Assembly (NCBI RefSeq): GCF_020885515.1
Contig: NZ_AP024987.1
Location: 420,001-452,000 of the forward strand
Length of the DNA: 32,000 bases
Direction: 5' to 3'
From: a cyanobacterium endosymbiont of Braarudosphaera bigelowii
GTDB taxonomy: Bacteria; Cyanobacteriota; Cyanobacteriia; Cyanobacteriales; Microcystaceae
Shown here: positions 11,988-23,320 of the stretch, in pieces
Layout of the letters: every line of letters starts with the position of its first letter
Numbering within the stretch: position 1 is the stretch's first letter
Translations under genes and position numbers: made by a program
The notes under the pieces: model-generated
Told to the model about the DNA's origin: nothing
Seen by the model: only the letters and a program-made list of their open reading frames with translations
Databases searched by the model: none

Positions 11988-12337
11988 AAAACTATGTACA
12001 ATAATCAAAGCCAAAATTGAATTTTGATATGTTTATTAATAAAAGATATATCTAAAATGGATCTAAATTTATTTCAAAGGTTTTTTTCAATAAAATTTTA
12101 ATTATTAATTTATAAATTTTAGTTTTGCTTTGATTTTATTCGAAAAAGAAAAAATCATGTGATGTCATGAAAAATATTCAATAATTGCTACTATAATTAA
12201 ATCTTGTTGAATTATAATCAATTATTGATCTATTAGTGTAAAGTAAATCAAAGAATGTAGTGTAATTATTCCTTTATTACTTCACTACAAAAATAACAAA
12301 CAACTTTATTAAGATTATCGTTAAGTAATAGGAAAAA

Positions 12338-12988
12338 ATGATTTATAGATTTCTAATTCTAATATTAACTCTATTGATTTCAATACAAAGTGTTGCTAAG
12401 GCTTCAACGAATAATATGGTTAACGATACTTTACCTTGTACAAATGAAGTATCGTTAACCATTGCTACTGAATCACTATTTTCTACTCCTTATTCCTCGA
12501 CACATTTAATAGTTTCTAATATATTCAATAATTATTATTCTGGCCAAAGTTATATAGGATCGATTTTTCCCGCAGAAACTCAAAATAAATACCAACAAGC
12601 AATTGTAGAATATGAAAAAGGAAATATTGAAAGTAATCAACAACAATGGGATGAGGCTCTGGGACATTATAAAAAAGCAGTTCAAATATATCCTAATCTA
12701 ATATTTGCTAGAGTAAATATTCCACTAATTTATTATCAAAATGATCATAAATTAGAAGCTATTAAAGAAATGAGATATCTATTAAAAAAATACCCTATGT
12801 CTGCCGATATAAGAGCTGCTTTAACAGCTATTTTATGGAGCACAGGACAAAAAGGAGAAGCTAAAAGTCATTGGGTTTCCGTTGCTGGTATAGATGATCG
12901 GTATAAGAATTTAGACTGGATTCAAACAAAACGTTTTTGGCCACCAAAAATAATCATGGCTCTAGATGATTTCTTTAATTCGAAATAG
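12338..12988 (+). CDS. Signal-peptide-bearing TPR protein
   Basis: 216 aa; hydrophobic N-terminus FLILILTLLISIQSVAKA, TPR-like WDEALGHYKKAVQIYPNLIFARVNIPLIYYQN; C-terminus similar in layout to the 7453-8304 TPR protein. Confidence 0.75.
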   Translation: MIYRFLILILTLLISIQSVAKASTNNMVNDTLPCTNEVSLTIATESLFSTPYSSTHLIVSNIFNNYYSGQSYIGSIFPAETQNKYQQAIVEYEKGNIESNQQQWDEALGHYKKAVQIYPNLIFARVNIPLIYYQNDHKLEAIKEMRYLLKKYPMSADIRAALTAILWSTGQKGEAKSHWVSVAGIDDRYKNLDWIQTKRFWPPKIIMALDDFFNSK

Positions 12989-13196
12989 TAAACAATCTTA
13001 TTGTTAATAATCAGTATTAGTTAAAAGTTTAAAAAATAGAGAAAAATTAGTTGGACATACTACTAAATAAATGTAATACAATAATTTAATAAATAAGATT
13101 TTAAGAAAAAAGTTCATATTAAGTTAATATAAATATTAGTAATAATTAAGACCATCAGCAAGAATTTAGATACTTACAAAGATTAAGCGAAACATT

Positions 13197-13738
13197 ATGG
13201 AAAAAAAAATTCTATTTTTCGTATTTCTCCTCTAATACAGATAACATTAATTAGTTTATATATTTCTTTAACAATTCCATTACCTTTCCTTTCAGAAATA
13301 ACTGATGCTTCTATTTCCGATACAGTTTTATGGATTGGAATTATTGTTGGGGGATTGATACTGATTGGCACTTTAAGCGAAAGAGTTATAGTTGACGAAG
13401 ATCAAATTAAAATTACTTATCCTATTTGGTTCCCCTTCTTCTTCCGTAAAAATTGGTCACTATCTTGGACAGAAGTAAAAGATCTCAAGTTACGTACAAC
13501 CGGTCAAGGTGGTTCAGTCTATTATTTAACTAGTAATAGTATAGATAAAGCTTATTTATTACCTACAAGAGTAGAAAACTTTGCACATTTAATAAAATTT
13601 ATTACTAAAAGAACAGGTATCGACACAAGTGAAATACGACCGCTTTCTCAACCATGGATGTACATTATTTTGCTTTTTTGTACGTTACTTTTATTGCTTG
13701 TAGATAGTATGGTTATTTGGGAAATTATTTTCAATTAA
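13197..13738 (+). pseudogene. Membrane protein with central beta-rich (PH-like) segment; apparent 1-nt frameshift in an A9 tract near the start
   Basis: The track ORF (13355-13738) starts at an internal TTG, but its frame is open back to 13187 and encodes ...NSIFRISPLIQITLISLYISLTIPLPFLSEITDASISDTVLWIGIIVGG. No ATG/GTG/TTG lies in that frame before 13355. An ATG at 13197 is one base out of frame and reads MEKKILFFVFLL*; one extra A in the A9 tract (13201-13209) would give MEKKNSIFRISPLIQIT... Called pseudogene only to flag the broken frame. Confidence 0.75.
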
Positions 13739-13775
13739 TAGAATGCATTTAAAATTCTAAGATATCCTATTTTAG

Positions 13776-13820
13776 AAAAAACGTTTGCAAAAATCATAAC
13801 GATTTTTGCAAACGTTTTTT
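13776..13820. terminator. Strong bidirectional terminator hairpin
   Basis: aaaaaacgtttgcaaaaatc - ataac - gatttttgcaaacgtttttt: 20-bp perfect arms, A-flank/T-flank, between convergent genes. Confidence 0.9.
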
Positions 13821-13935
13821 CATTTAATCATGGCGAAATATTTTTATCTTTACATTAATGTAATTTTATTATTAAGATAATAAGTTTAAAAAGCTAGTTT
13901 GTTAAATTTGAAAAATCTTAACAAACTAAATTGAT

Positions 13936-15564
<1,629 letters not shown>

Positions 15565-15916
15565 TTAGTTAAATTATAATTTTTATAGATTTATTAATTA
15601 TATTAGCCTGTCTTTTCCACATAAGACTTACCTTAAATGTACGATTCCGCAAATTGAGAATAAAAAGGCTGACTAATTAATGTGACAATGAAAAATATTG
15701 GAGTTACAAATAAGACATACCACATTAATAATAGAGTTAAATAAGGTAAAGAATTATCAATAACTAAAAATTTTAAAACGATATTATATTTCTTTATGTA
15801 TTAATTTCTTAAATTATCCCTGAACAAATAAACTATTAATTACAACAGATGCTTATTATTAATATACAAATTAAAATATTTAGCATACAATTAGGACAGA
15901 CGTCACAAAAATTATT

Positions 15917-16690
15917 ATGGAATGGCAAGAAATATCAGGAAGTTTCGTTTTAATCCCAAAGTCTCCAATTGCTGTTATACATTTTATTGGGGGAGCATTT
16001 ATAGGTAGTATCCCTAATTTTACTTATCGTTGGTTACTTGAAGCATTGGCTAAAAAAGGGTACGCTGTTATAGCTACTCCCTTTGTTATTACATTAGATC
16101 ATTTAGCAATTTCTCATGATTTACTAAATCGTTTTGAAAATATATTAAAATCTATTAAAAATAATATTTATGCAGGAATTATAAACCTTCCCGTATATGG
16201 AATTGGCCACAGTATGGGATGTAAACTTCATTTATTAATTGGTAGTTTTTCTACTGTAGAAAGAGCAGGTAATATATTTATATCTTTCAACAATTATCCT
16301 ATTAAGCAGGCTATTCCTTTCTTCGAGCAGCTTAATTTTCATGATATTTTTGATTTAGAATTTACGCCATCCCCTAATAAGACCCAAGATATTATTCAAA
16401 AAAATTATATTGTTCGTCATAATTTATTAATCAAACTTACTCAAGATAATATTGACGAAACAATATCTTTAATGAAAATACTACATAGAAAATATCCTAA
16501 TCTAGTAGCTTTGCAAACGTTGTCTGGAAATCACTTAACACCATTAGGGCAAGAGGTAAGCTTTAAGTCTGGAAATATATTTACACCAATAGATGTTATA
16601 CAACAGTGGTTCCAAAATAAGTTGTCTAATGATTTATATGATCTTAAAAATGAGATATTACAGTGGCTAAATCCAGGACAAATTATTTAA
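15917..16690 (+). CDS. DUF1350 family (alpha/beta-hydrolase-like) protein
   Basis: IAVIHFIGGAFIGSIPNFTYRWLLEALAKKGYAVIATPF and GIGHSMGCKLHLL, typical of cyanobacterial/plastid DUF1350. Confidence 0.85.
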   Translation: MEWQEISGSFVLIPKSPIAVIHFIGGAFIGSIPNFTYRWLLEALAKKGYAVIATPFVITLDHLAISHDLLNRFENILKSIKNNIYAGIINLPVYGIGHSMGCKLHLLIGSFSTVERAGNIFISFNNYPIKQAIPFFEQLNFHDIFDLEFTPSPNKTQDIIQKNYIVRHNLLIKLTQDNIDETISLMKILHRKYPNLVALQTLSGNHLTPLGQEVSFKSGNIFTPIDVIQQWFQNKLSNDLYDLKNEILQWLNPGQII

Positions 16691-16736
16691 GCTACATATA
16701 TTAGAATATGGTAAATAATTTATTATTGAGGAAATA

Positions 16737-16838
16737 TTGAGCTTTTTTAATTATTTATCAAAAGTACGTAATTTATACATCTTACTATCCAAAAAAGTTA
16801 AGATACGATATACTCCTCTCGAAATTTTCGGTAGATAA
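16737..16838 (+). other. Candidate 33-aa basic micro-ORF directly upstream of glmU
   Basis: TTG start with GAGG 5 nt upstream; MSFFNYLSKVRNLYILLSKKVKIRYTPLEIFGR, stop TAA 3 nt before the glmU ATG. Confidence 0.35.
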
Positions 16839-16841
16839 AAA

Positions 16842-18197
16842 ATGACAGCAGTAGCAATTCTTGCGGCAGGACGTGGTACACGTATGAGATCTAACTTACC
16901 CAAAGTCTTACATACTTTGGGTGGGCAATCCTTAGTACAAAGAGTATTAAATAATTGTTCTTTACTTACTCCATCTAGACAGTTTGTAGTTATTGGATTT
17001 GAAGGAGAAAAAGTAAAGCAATCTTTAGTCAAAAATTCGTCCTTAGAGTTTGTTGAACAGAAAGAACAGTTAGGAACAGGACATGCTGTACAACAACTTC
17101 TGCCATATTTAAAAGACTTTAAAGAAGATTTGTTAGTTTTAAATGGTGATGTTCCACTTTTACGTCCTAAAACATTACAAAATCTTTTAAATATTCATAA
17201 AGATAATGATAATGCAGCAACGGTTCTAACTGCTCACTTACCTAATCCAAAAGGTTATGGTAGAGTTTTTTGCGATGGAAATAATTTTGTTACTCAAATT
17301 ATTGAAGATCGTGATTGTAATTCTGCTCAAAAACAAAATTGTAGAGTAAATGGAGGAATTTACTGTTTTAACTGGCCTAAACTTGCTAAAATATTACCCT
17401 ATCTTTCTGCCAATAATCAACAAAAAGAATATTATTTAACTGATGTAGCGCAACATCTTGAACCTTTTATGGCAGTTAATGTAGAAGATTATTTCGAAAT
17501 TAATGGTATAAACAATCGTCAACAATTATCTGATGCAAATAATATTCTACAAGATAGGATAAAGAGATATTGGATGAATGAAGGAGTTACTATGATTAAT
17601 CCTGAAAGTATTAGTATTGATGATACAGTAAGTTTAGCACCAGATATAGTTATTGAGCCTCAAACTCATTTGAGAGGTAAAACTCATATTGGCTCAAAAA
17701 GCCATATTGGGCCAGGAACTCTTATCGAAAATAGCAAAATTGGTGAACAGGTAAGTATATTATATTCTGTTGTTAGTCATTCTGAAGTATCATCTTGTTG
17801 TAAAATTGGCCCTTATGCTCATATTCGTAAAGAAGGTAAGATCGACCAATCTTGCCGTATTGGTAACTTTGTTGAAATTAAAAAATCTCAAGTAGAAAAA
17901 AATAGCAATATTGCTCATTTATCCTATATTGGTGATGCTACTTTAGGAGAACAAGTCAATATAGGTGCAGGAACAATTACAGCTAATTATGATGGTATTG
18001 ATAAACATCAAACTGTTATTGGTAATCAAACTAAAACAGGAGCAAACAGTGTTTTTGTTGCCCCTGTAACCTTAGGGAATAATGTCACAGTTGCTGCAGG
18101 TTCAGTGGTTACCAATGATGTTCCTGATGATGCCCTAGTAATTGCTCGACAACAGCAAAGAATCATTAAAGAATGGAAAAGAAAAACTAAAAAGTAA
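16842..18197 (+). CDS. glmU: Bifunctional UDP-N-acetylglucosamine pyrophosphorylase / glucosamine-1-phosphate acetyltransferase
   Basis: [20 protein letters not shown]; [11 protein letters not shown]; left-handed beta-helix repeats; [22 protein letters not shown]. Confidence 0.98.
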   Translation: MTAVAILAAGRGTRMRSNLPKVLHTLGGQSLVQRVLNNCSLLTPSRQFVVIGFEGEKVKQSLVKNSSLEFVEQKEQLGTGHAVQQLLPYLKDFKEDLLVLNGDVPLLRPKTLQNLLNIHKDNDNAATVLTAHLPNPKGYGRVFCDGNNFVTQIIEDRDCNSAQKQNCRVNGGIYCFNWPKLAKILPYLSANNQQKEYYLTDVAQHLEPFMAVNVEDYFEINGINNRQQLSDANNILQDRIKRYWMNEGVTMINPESISIDDTVSLAPDIVIEPQTHLRGKTHIGSKSHIGPGTLIENSKIGEQVSILYSVVSHSEVSSCCKIGPYAHIRKEGKIDQSCRIGNFVEIKKSQVEKNSNIAHLSYIGDATLGEQVNIGAGTITANYDGIDKHQTVIGNQTKTGANSVFVAPVTLGNNVTVAAGSVVTNDVPDDALVIARQQQRIIKEWKRKTKK

Positions 18198-18407
18198 TAG
18201 TTCTGTAGTTCGTTAACTATATAGAATTTAGTATCAATTCATAGAAAACCAATAATTATATTTTTAAATCATTTTCTTTAAATAACTAATAACTCTCAGA
18301 AGTTCATAAATATTTATCTAGTTATTTTATATAATAAAGATAATTAAAAAATCTATTAATTTAATGATCTTAAAAATTAATATCATGGTTTTCTAGTATT
18401 TTATAAA

Positions 18408-18435
18408 CAATTATTATAATGTTATATAATAATTG
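18408..18435. terminator. AT-only hairpin between convergent glmU and spoT-like gene
   Basis: caattattata - atgtta - tataataattg: 11-bp perfect arms; low complexity, so weaker than the others. Confidence 0.4.
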
Positions 18436-18529
18436 ATTATTCTATTTACAAATGGAATAGCTGAATAACCATATATCTACAGCGCAAAATATTAACTATT
18501 AGTATTATTGACTGTTCAGATATTATTAT

Positions 18530-20767
18530 TTAGAAATCTACTCTATTTAAGCGTTGAATATTTAAGACATCACTCATATCACAGATGCTATTTGTTAAGT
18601 ATTCTAATTGCTGACGATCACGAATTTCAATCCGTAAATTAATAATAGCGGGTTTATTTTGTATAGTTTTTACACCGGCGTTGCAAACATTAATGTTGTG
18701 ATTGCTTACTCTTAATAGAATATCTTTTAAAACGCCTACTCTATCAATAACTTCTATCTGAACATCTACTGGATATGTAATAGCACATCCTTTTTTGTCT
18801 ACCTTGTTCCAACGTACCGGAATCAAACGTTCTCCAGGTATATTCTCAATATTAGAGCAATTTTGAGTATGAATCGAGATACCTCTATCTCCTCTAGTAA
18901 CGACACCGATAATAGGCTCTCCGGGTAATGGCCTACAACATCCAGCTATATGATATAGAAGGCCTTCAACTCCCAAAATTGGAGATTTATTAGGTTTTTT
19001 AGGACATAAAGAAGAAGGTATTATGGATAAACCTGCATCGTGAGTTTCAGTATTCTTCTGTTGAGTTTTTACAGTTATTTCTCTTACACGATTAACTACT
19101 TGATTCAAAGTAATTCCCCCATATCCTAATCCGGACAGTAAATCATCTACTGAATGATAATTGCATCTTTCTGCTACAGTTTTCATTGGTTCTGATTTTA
19201 ATAAAGCTTCAAAACCGTTTTTACCTAATTCTTTTTCTAAAATATCACGTCCTCTGATCATGTTTTCTTCTCTACAAGATCTCTTGTACCATTGACGGAT
19301 ACGGTTACGGGCAGTGGGCGTAACTACTATGTTAAGCCAGTTTAAACTAGGATGACAATTTTTTTGAGTAATAATTTCTACTATGTCACCATTATGAAGT
19401 GGTTGTCCAAAAACTGACCACTTACCATTAATTCTAGCTCCTTTCATATGGTTGCCTACTTCTGTATGAATACGATAAGCAAAATCTATAGTAGTAGCCC
19501 CCCTTGCTAAGGCAATCACTTCTCCATCAGGAGTAAATACATAAACATCATCATCAAAAAGATTATCTTTAAGATTATCAACATATTCTTGGGCATCTTT
19601 CAGATCTTTCTGCCAGTCTAGTAGTTGTCTTAGCCAAGTAAATTTTTCGTCTTCCTGGGATAATTGAGTATAGTGAGATACGCCAGTTTCTTTATATTTC
19701 CAATGAGCTGCAATACCATATTCAGCAATATGATGCATTTCCATTGTTCTAATCTGAATTTCCAAAGGATGGCCGTTAAATCCTACGACTGTTGTATGTA
19801 AAGATTGATATCGATTTGGCTTGGGCAAACCAATATAGTCCTTGAATCTTCCAGGCATAGGCTTAAAGGTATCATGAACTACTGCTAAAGCACGATAACA
19901 TTCCTCTTTATTTTGAACAATAATTCTTAAAGCTGCTAAATCATATATTTCATGTAACCCTTTATTTTGACTATGCATCTTATAGTAAATTCCATAAAGA
20001 TGTTTAGATCTTCCTTGTAAATCTAGTATTTTTATTCCTATACTATGTAACCGTTTTTGCAGTGTATCTTTAACATTTTCGATACGAGCTTCGCGATCAA
20101 TACGTTTTTCTGCCACCAAACTTTGTATTTCCCCATAAGCGTCAGGTTCTAGATATTTAAAAGATAAATCCTCTAGTTCCCACTTTACTCTCCAAATACC
20201 TAGGCGATTTGCTAGTGGGGAAAATATCTCCTTAGTTTCTAAAGCGATACGTTTTTGTTTTTCTGGTTTAAGTGCGTCTAAAGTTCTCATATTATGAAGA
20301 CGATCAGCCAACTTCACGACAATTACTCTAATATCTTTAGCCATTGCTAAAAACATTCTTCGAAAATTTTCAGCCTGCTGTTCTGTTTTGTTAGAAAAAT
20401 TAAATTTTGATAATTTTGTGACTCCTTCAACCAGTAATCTTACTTCCTGACCAAACATCTCTTCAATGTTATCTGCAGTAATATCAGTGTCTTCTACTAC
20501 ATCATGAAGAAATCCTGCAGCAATCATTGATCTATCTCCTCCTAAATCCCTTAATATCCCTGCCACAGTTACTGGATGGACAATATAAGGTTCACCTGAT
20601 TTGCGATATTGTCCTTTATGCAGTTGATATGCGAAATCAAAAGAATGACAAATCAAGTCTTGATTTTGATTGTATACATCTGATTTACGAGAAATTAAAC
20701 ATTGGTTTAACCAGTCAGGAAGAGTGAAGTCAAGTGGCTTATTATTGAGAGATGTAACTGTATTCAT
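18530..20767 (-). CDS. spoT: (p)ppGpp synthetase/hydrolase, RelA/SpoT family
   Basis: 745 aa; HD region HKGQYRKSGEPYIVHPVTVAGIL, HDVVEDT; synthetase YHMQSQNKGLHEIYDLAALRIIV; TGS segment DVYVFTPDGEVIALARGATTIDFAYRIHTEVG; C-terminal ACT. Confidence 0.97.
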   Translation of the reverse strand: MNTVTSLNNKPLDFTLPDWLNQCLISRKSDVYNQNQDLICHSFDFAYQLHKGQYRKSGEPYIVHPVTVAGILRDLGGDRSMIAAGFLHDVVEDTDITADNIEEMFGQEVRLLVEGVTKLSKFNFSNKTEQQAENFRRMFLAMAKDIRVIVVKLADRLHNMRTLDALKPEKQKRIALETKEIFSPLANRLGIWRVKWELEDLSFKYLEPDAYGEIQSLVAEKRIDREARIENVKDTLQKRLHSIGIKILDLQGRSKHLYGIYYKMHSQNKGLHEIYDLAALRIIVQNKEECYRALAVVHDTFKPMPGRFKDYIGLPKPNRYQSLHTTVVGFNGHPLEIQIRTMEMHHIAEYGIAAHWKYKETGVSHYTQLSQEDEKFTWLRQLLDWQKDLKDAQEYVDNLKDNLFDDDVYVFTPDGEVIALARGATTIDFAYRIHTEVGNHMKGARINGKWSVFGQPLHNGDIVEIITQKNCHPSLNWLNIVVTPTARNRIRQWYKRSCREENMIRGRDILEKELGKNGFEALLKSEPMKTVAERCNYHSVDDLLSGLGYGGITLNQVVNRVREITVKTQQKNTETHDAGLSIIPSSLCPKKPNKSPILGVEGLLYHIAGCCRPLPGEPIIGVVTRGDRGISIHTQNCSNIENIPGERLIPVRWNKVDKKGCAITYPVDVQIEVIDRVGVLKDILLRVSNHNINVCNAGVKTIQNKPAIINLRIEIRDRQQLEYLTNSICDMSDVLNIQRLNRVDF

Positions 20768-20993
20768 AAAATATTTGAGTCAGAAACAGGAAAAAAGAAT
20801 AGACTATTAAAAGTTGGGAGCAGATTAATAAGTTTTCGACTCTCCTTTTAGTATTAACACTTGTGCTAGAAATAGGCAATTAAAAAATTTTGGGGTAATA
20901 TCAACCATTAAAAGACGAAATTTAAATTTTTAAAAATTCAATAAAAGACATAATATTAATAAAAATATATTATTAGGACGAAACAAATATTTA

Positions 20994-21356
20994 ATGCTAT
21001 CAAAATATTATAAAAATTTCTCAGAACAATTATTTCTCCTTCAAAAACAAGTCGTATTGGAAAATATAGATATTATAAAAATTAAAATAATTTTTGAGCA
21101 GGTTAAAATAATTTTCCATAGTAAAATTCTTGACGAAAATATGCATATATATCTTGAAAATAATGATAAGCATACGATTATTCAATCTATACAAGTAGAA
21201 ATTAATAAAAACTTAAGATTACTCGAAACTGAATTATTGTTTTTAGAGTCTTCACGTCAATCAGAAACAATAGATAAGAGAGCAGGTAAGATAAAACAAA
21301 GAGTTATGAAATTAAGAGACTATTGTAAGTTTATAAATAAGCAACTTTGTGAATAA
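20994..21356 (+). CDS. Small helical conserved cyanobacterial protein, possibly PatD-like (heterocyst-frequency control family)
   Basis: 120 aa, coiled/helical; EINKNLRLLETELLFLESSRQSETIDKRAGKIKQRVMKLRDYC recalls the PatD family from memory; not verifiable here. Confidence 0.4.
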   Translation: MLSKYYKNFSEQLFLLQKQVVLENIDIIKIKIIFEQVKIIFHSKILDENMHIYLENNDKHTIIQSIQVEINKNLRLLETELLFLESSRQSETIDKRAGKIKQRVMKLRDYCKFINKQLCE

Positions 21357-21499
21357 AAGTTTGACCACATATATAGAGCACACATAGTTTAGTTTATTTA
21401 GCAAAAATTAAGTCTTTTTTATTAAATATATTAGATCAATGATAACTTTCTCTATTTACATAACCTATTCCAATACTTAAGTTATTAAATGTAGAATTT

Positions 21500-21520
21500 T
21501 TATTCTATTGAATAGAATAA
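21500..21520. repeat. 21-nt odd palindrome downstream of the 20994-21356 gene
   Basis: ttattctatt - g - aatagaataa. Confidence 0.45.
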
Positions 21521-21730
21521 GACAATAAACAACTAGCATCACAAGCAAGATGATCGATAGTAAAAATGTATTATATTTATTAAACAAAATTAGTAAAAAT
21601 ATTTAGTTTAAATATTTATAATTAAACAACAAGTGCTAGAATACGGAGTGCAAAATTGTTGTATCCACTAGTATATATCTTTAATTTTGAGCTATTTTAT
21701 TAATGTTTTTTAAAAAATGAGGATCTTAAA

Positions 21731-22780
21731 ATGACAACCTTATTACGTAATTGTTGGTATGTCGCTCTAAGCAGCAAAGACTTGAAACCAGCAACAATAA
21801 TACATAAAAAAATTCTAGATGAACCTATTCTCATTGGACGAAAAAAAAATGGCCAAATCTTTGCAATGCGTGATGTTTGTCCACATAGAGGCATTCCTTT
21901 AAGTTATGGATCATTGTGTAAGGAAGATATATCCTGTCGGTATCATGGTTGGAAATTTAATGTTAATAATGGTAGATGTAGCGAAATCCCTTCCCTTACA
22001 GAACATGATGATTTAGAGGTAGGTCGTATTCAAGTTCGTACATATCCATGCGAAGAAGTTCAAGGTAATATTTGGATATATTTTATCGATACTAATAAAA
22101 GTAAAACTACATTATCCAACCTTCCTCCTGTCCCAACTATTCCTGATTTTGGCAAACTTAAGCCGGGAATAACAGAGACTATGAAATTTGCCTGTAACGT
22201 TGATCATGCAATTATCGGCCTTATGGATCCAGCTCATGGGCCTTATATTCATAATGCTTGGTGGTGGAGAAGTGGTCCTCGTAAATTCCGAGTTAAAGAA
22301 AAGCATTATGAACCTGTATCGCAAGGTTTTCGTCTTATTCCCTATAATATGCCAGTTAGTGCTCGTCCTTATAAAATTTTAGGGAATAATGTATCTATTG
22401 AGATTGTTTTTCAGTTACCTGGAATTCGTACAGAAATTTTGAAAGGCGATCACTATTCCGCTTGTTTATTGACATGCATTACTCCTATAGACGAATCTTC
22501 ATGCGAAATATTCCAAAGTATTTATTGGACAATTCCTTGGGCAGGTATGTTTAAACCTTTGCTAAGCTTATTAACTCGTCAATTTTTAGCTCAGGATCGT
22601 GATGCTATTGTCCAGCAACAAAAAGGTCTCATTTATAATCCTTCACTCATGTTAATAGATGATGCAGATACTCAAGCTAAGTGGTATTTTCGTTTAAAAC
22701 AAGAGTATCAAAAATCTCAAGAAGAGAATAGAACCTTTATAAATCCGATTGAACCTCGAGTACTACGTTGGAGGAGCTAA
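21731..22780 (+). CDS. Rieske [2Fe-2S] non-haem iron oxygenase (aromatic-ring-hydroxylating / vanillate demethylase-like or PaO-like)
   Basis: Rieske motif CPHRGIPLSYGSLCKEDISCRYHGW and mononuclear-Fe-site-like NVDHAIIGLMDPAHGPYIH; 349 aa. Confidence 0.9.
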   Translation: MTTLLRNCWYVALSSKDLKPATIIHKKILDEPILIGRKKNGQIFAMRDVCPHRGIPLSYGSLCKEDISCRYHGWKFNVNNGRCSEIPSLTEHDDLEVGRIQVRTYPCEEVQGNIWIYFIDTNKSKTTLSNLPPVPTIPDFGKLKPGITETMKFACNVDHAIIGLMDPAHGPYIHNAWWWRSGPRKFRVKEKHYEPVSQGFRLIPYNMPVSARPYKILGNNVSIEIVFQLPGIRTEILKGDHYSACLLTCITPIDESSCEIFQSIYWTIPWAGMFKPLLSLLTRQFLAQDRDAIVQQQKGLIYNPSLMLIDDADTQAKWYFRLKQEYQKSQEENRTFINPIEPRVLRWRS

Positions 22781-23287
22781 GCTGATAAAAGCTTGATAAA
22801 GTAGTTCTCATGACTGATTAACATATATAAGCTGATGTATTTTTAATCAATTTTAATATTATTAATAGTTATAGTCTGTTTTGTGATATTTTTTTAGTTC
22901 CATAGTGAAAATTAAAAACACTATAGTGAACTTGAACTAGCAAGATAAAAAGTCTTTTATGAAATTCTTAACAAGAGTTTCATATGATTAACTTAAATAC
23001 AGTTCAATATAGAATAGAATTAAATAGTTTAAGTATAGCATGAAAGAAATTTTTTTAATTGTATAAGTTTTTATAAACAACTATTTTATCAGAGAATTCT
23101 TGTTTTTTTTTTAAGCTGTTATTGTCTTAATTTATCTTACTTTTTTTAAGTTTTATTAATCACTATGCATAAGTATTTTGATATGATACATAATTAATTT
23201 TTATCTTTTCATATCAGTAGATATAACTTATTGAAATGAGAGGTAAATAAATCTTAAATTGTAATAAAAATCGGTATAAGTTATTGC

Positions 23288-23293
23288 TATAAT
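23288..23293 (+). promoter_or_regulatory. Candidate -10 element upstream of hupS
   Basis: TATAAT 28 nt upstream of the hupS ATG; no clear -35 and no GTA-N8-TAC NtcA site seen nearby. Confidence 0.25.
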
Positions 23294-23320
23294 ATTCCGA
23301 AAACCTATCAGAGACGATCA

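Noticed and set aside
16751-17032. 93-aa minus-strand ORF overlapping the start of glmU
   Set aside because: Mostly antisense to glmU; the plus strand has the better-supported reading.
20527-20727. 66-aa plus-strand ORF opposite the spoT-like gene
   Set aside because: Shadow frame of the conserved HD domain.
21700-21894. Minus-strand ORF over the Rieske gene start
   Set aside because: Antisense to the Rieske motif coding region.
22112-22382. Two overlapping ORFs (22112-22324 minus, 22188-22382 plus) inside the Rieske gene
   Set aside because: Both overlap a confident CDS and lack independent support.
23261-23274. GTA-N8-CGG near hupS as a possible NtcA site
   Set aside because: The right half-site does not match TAC.
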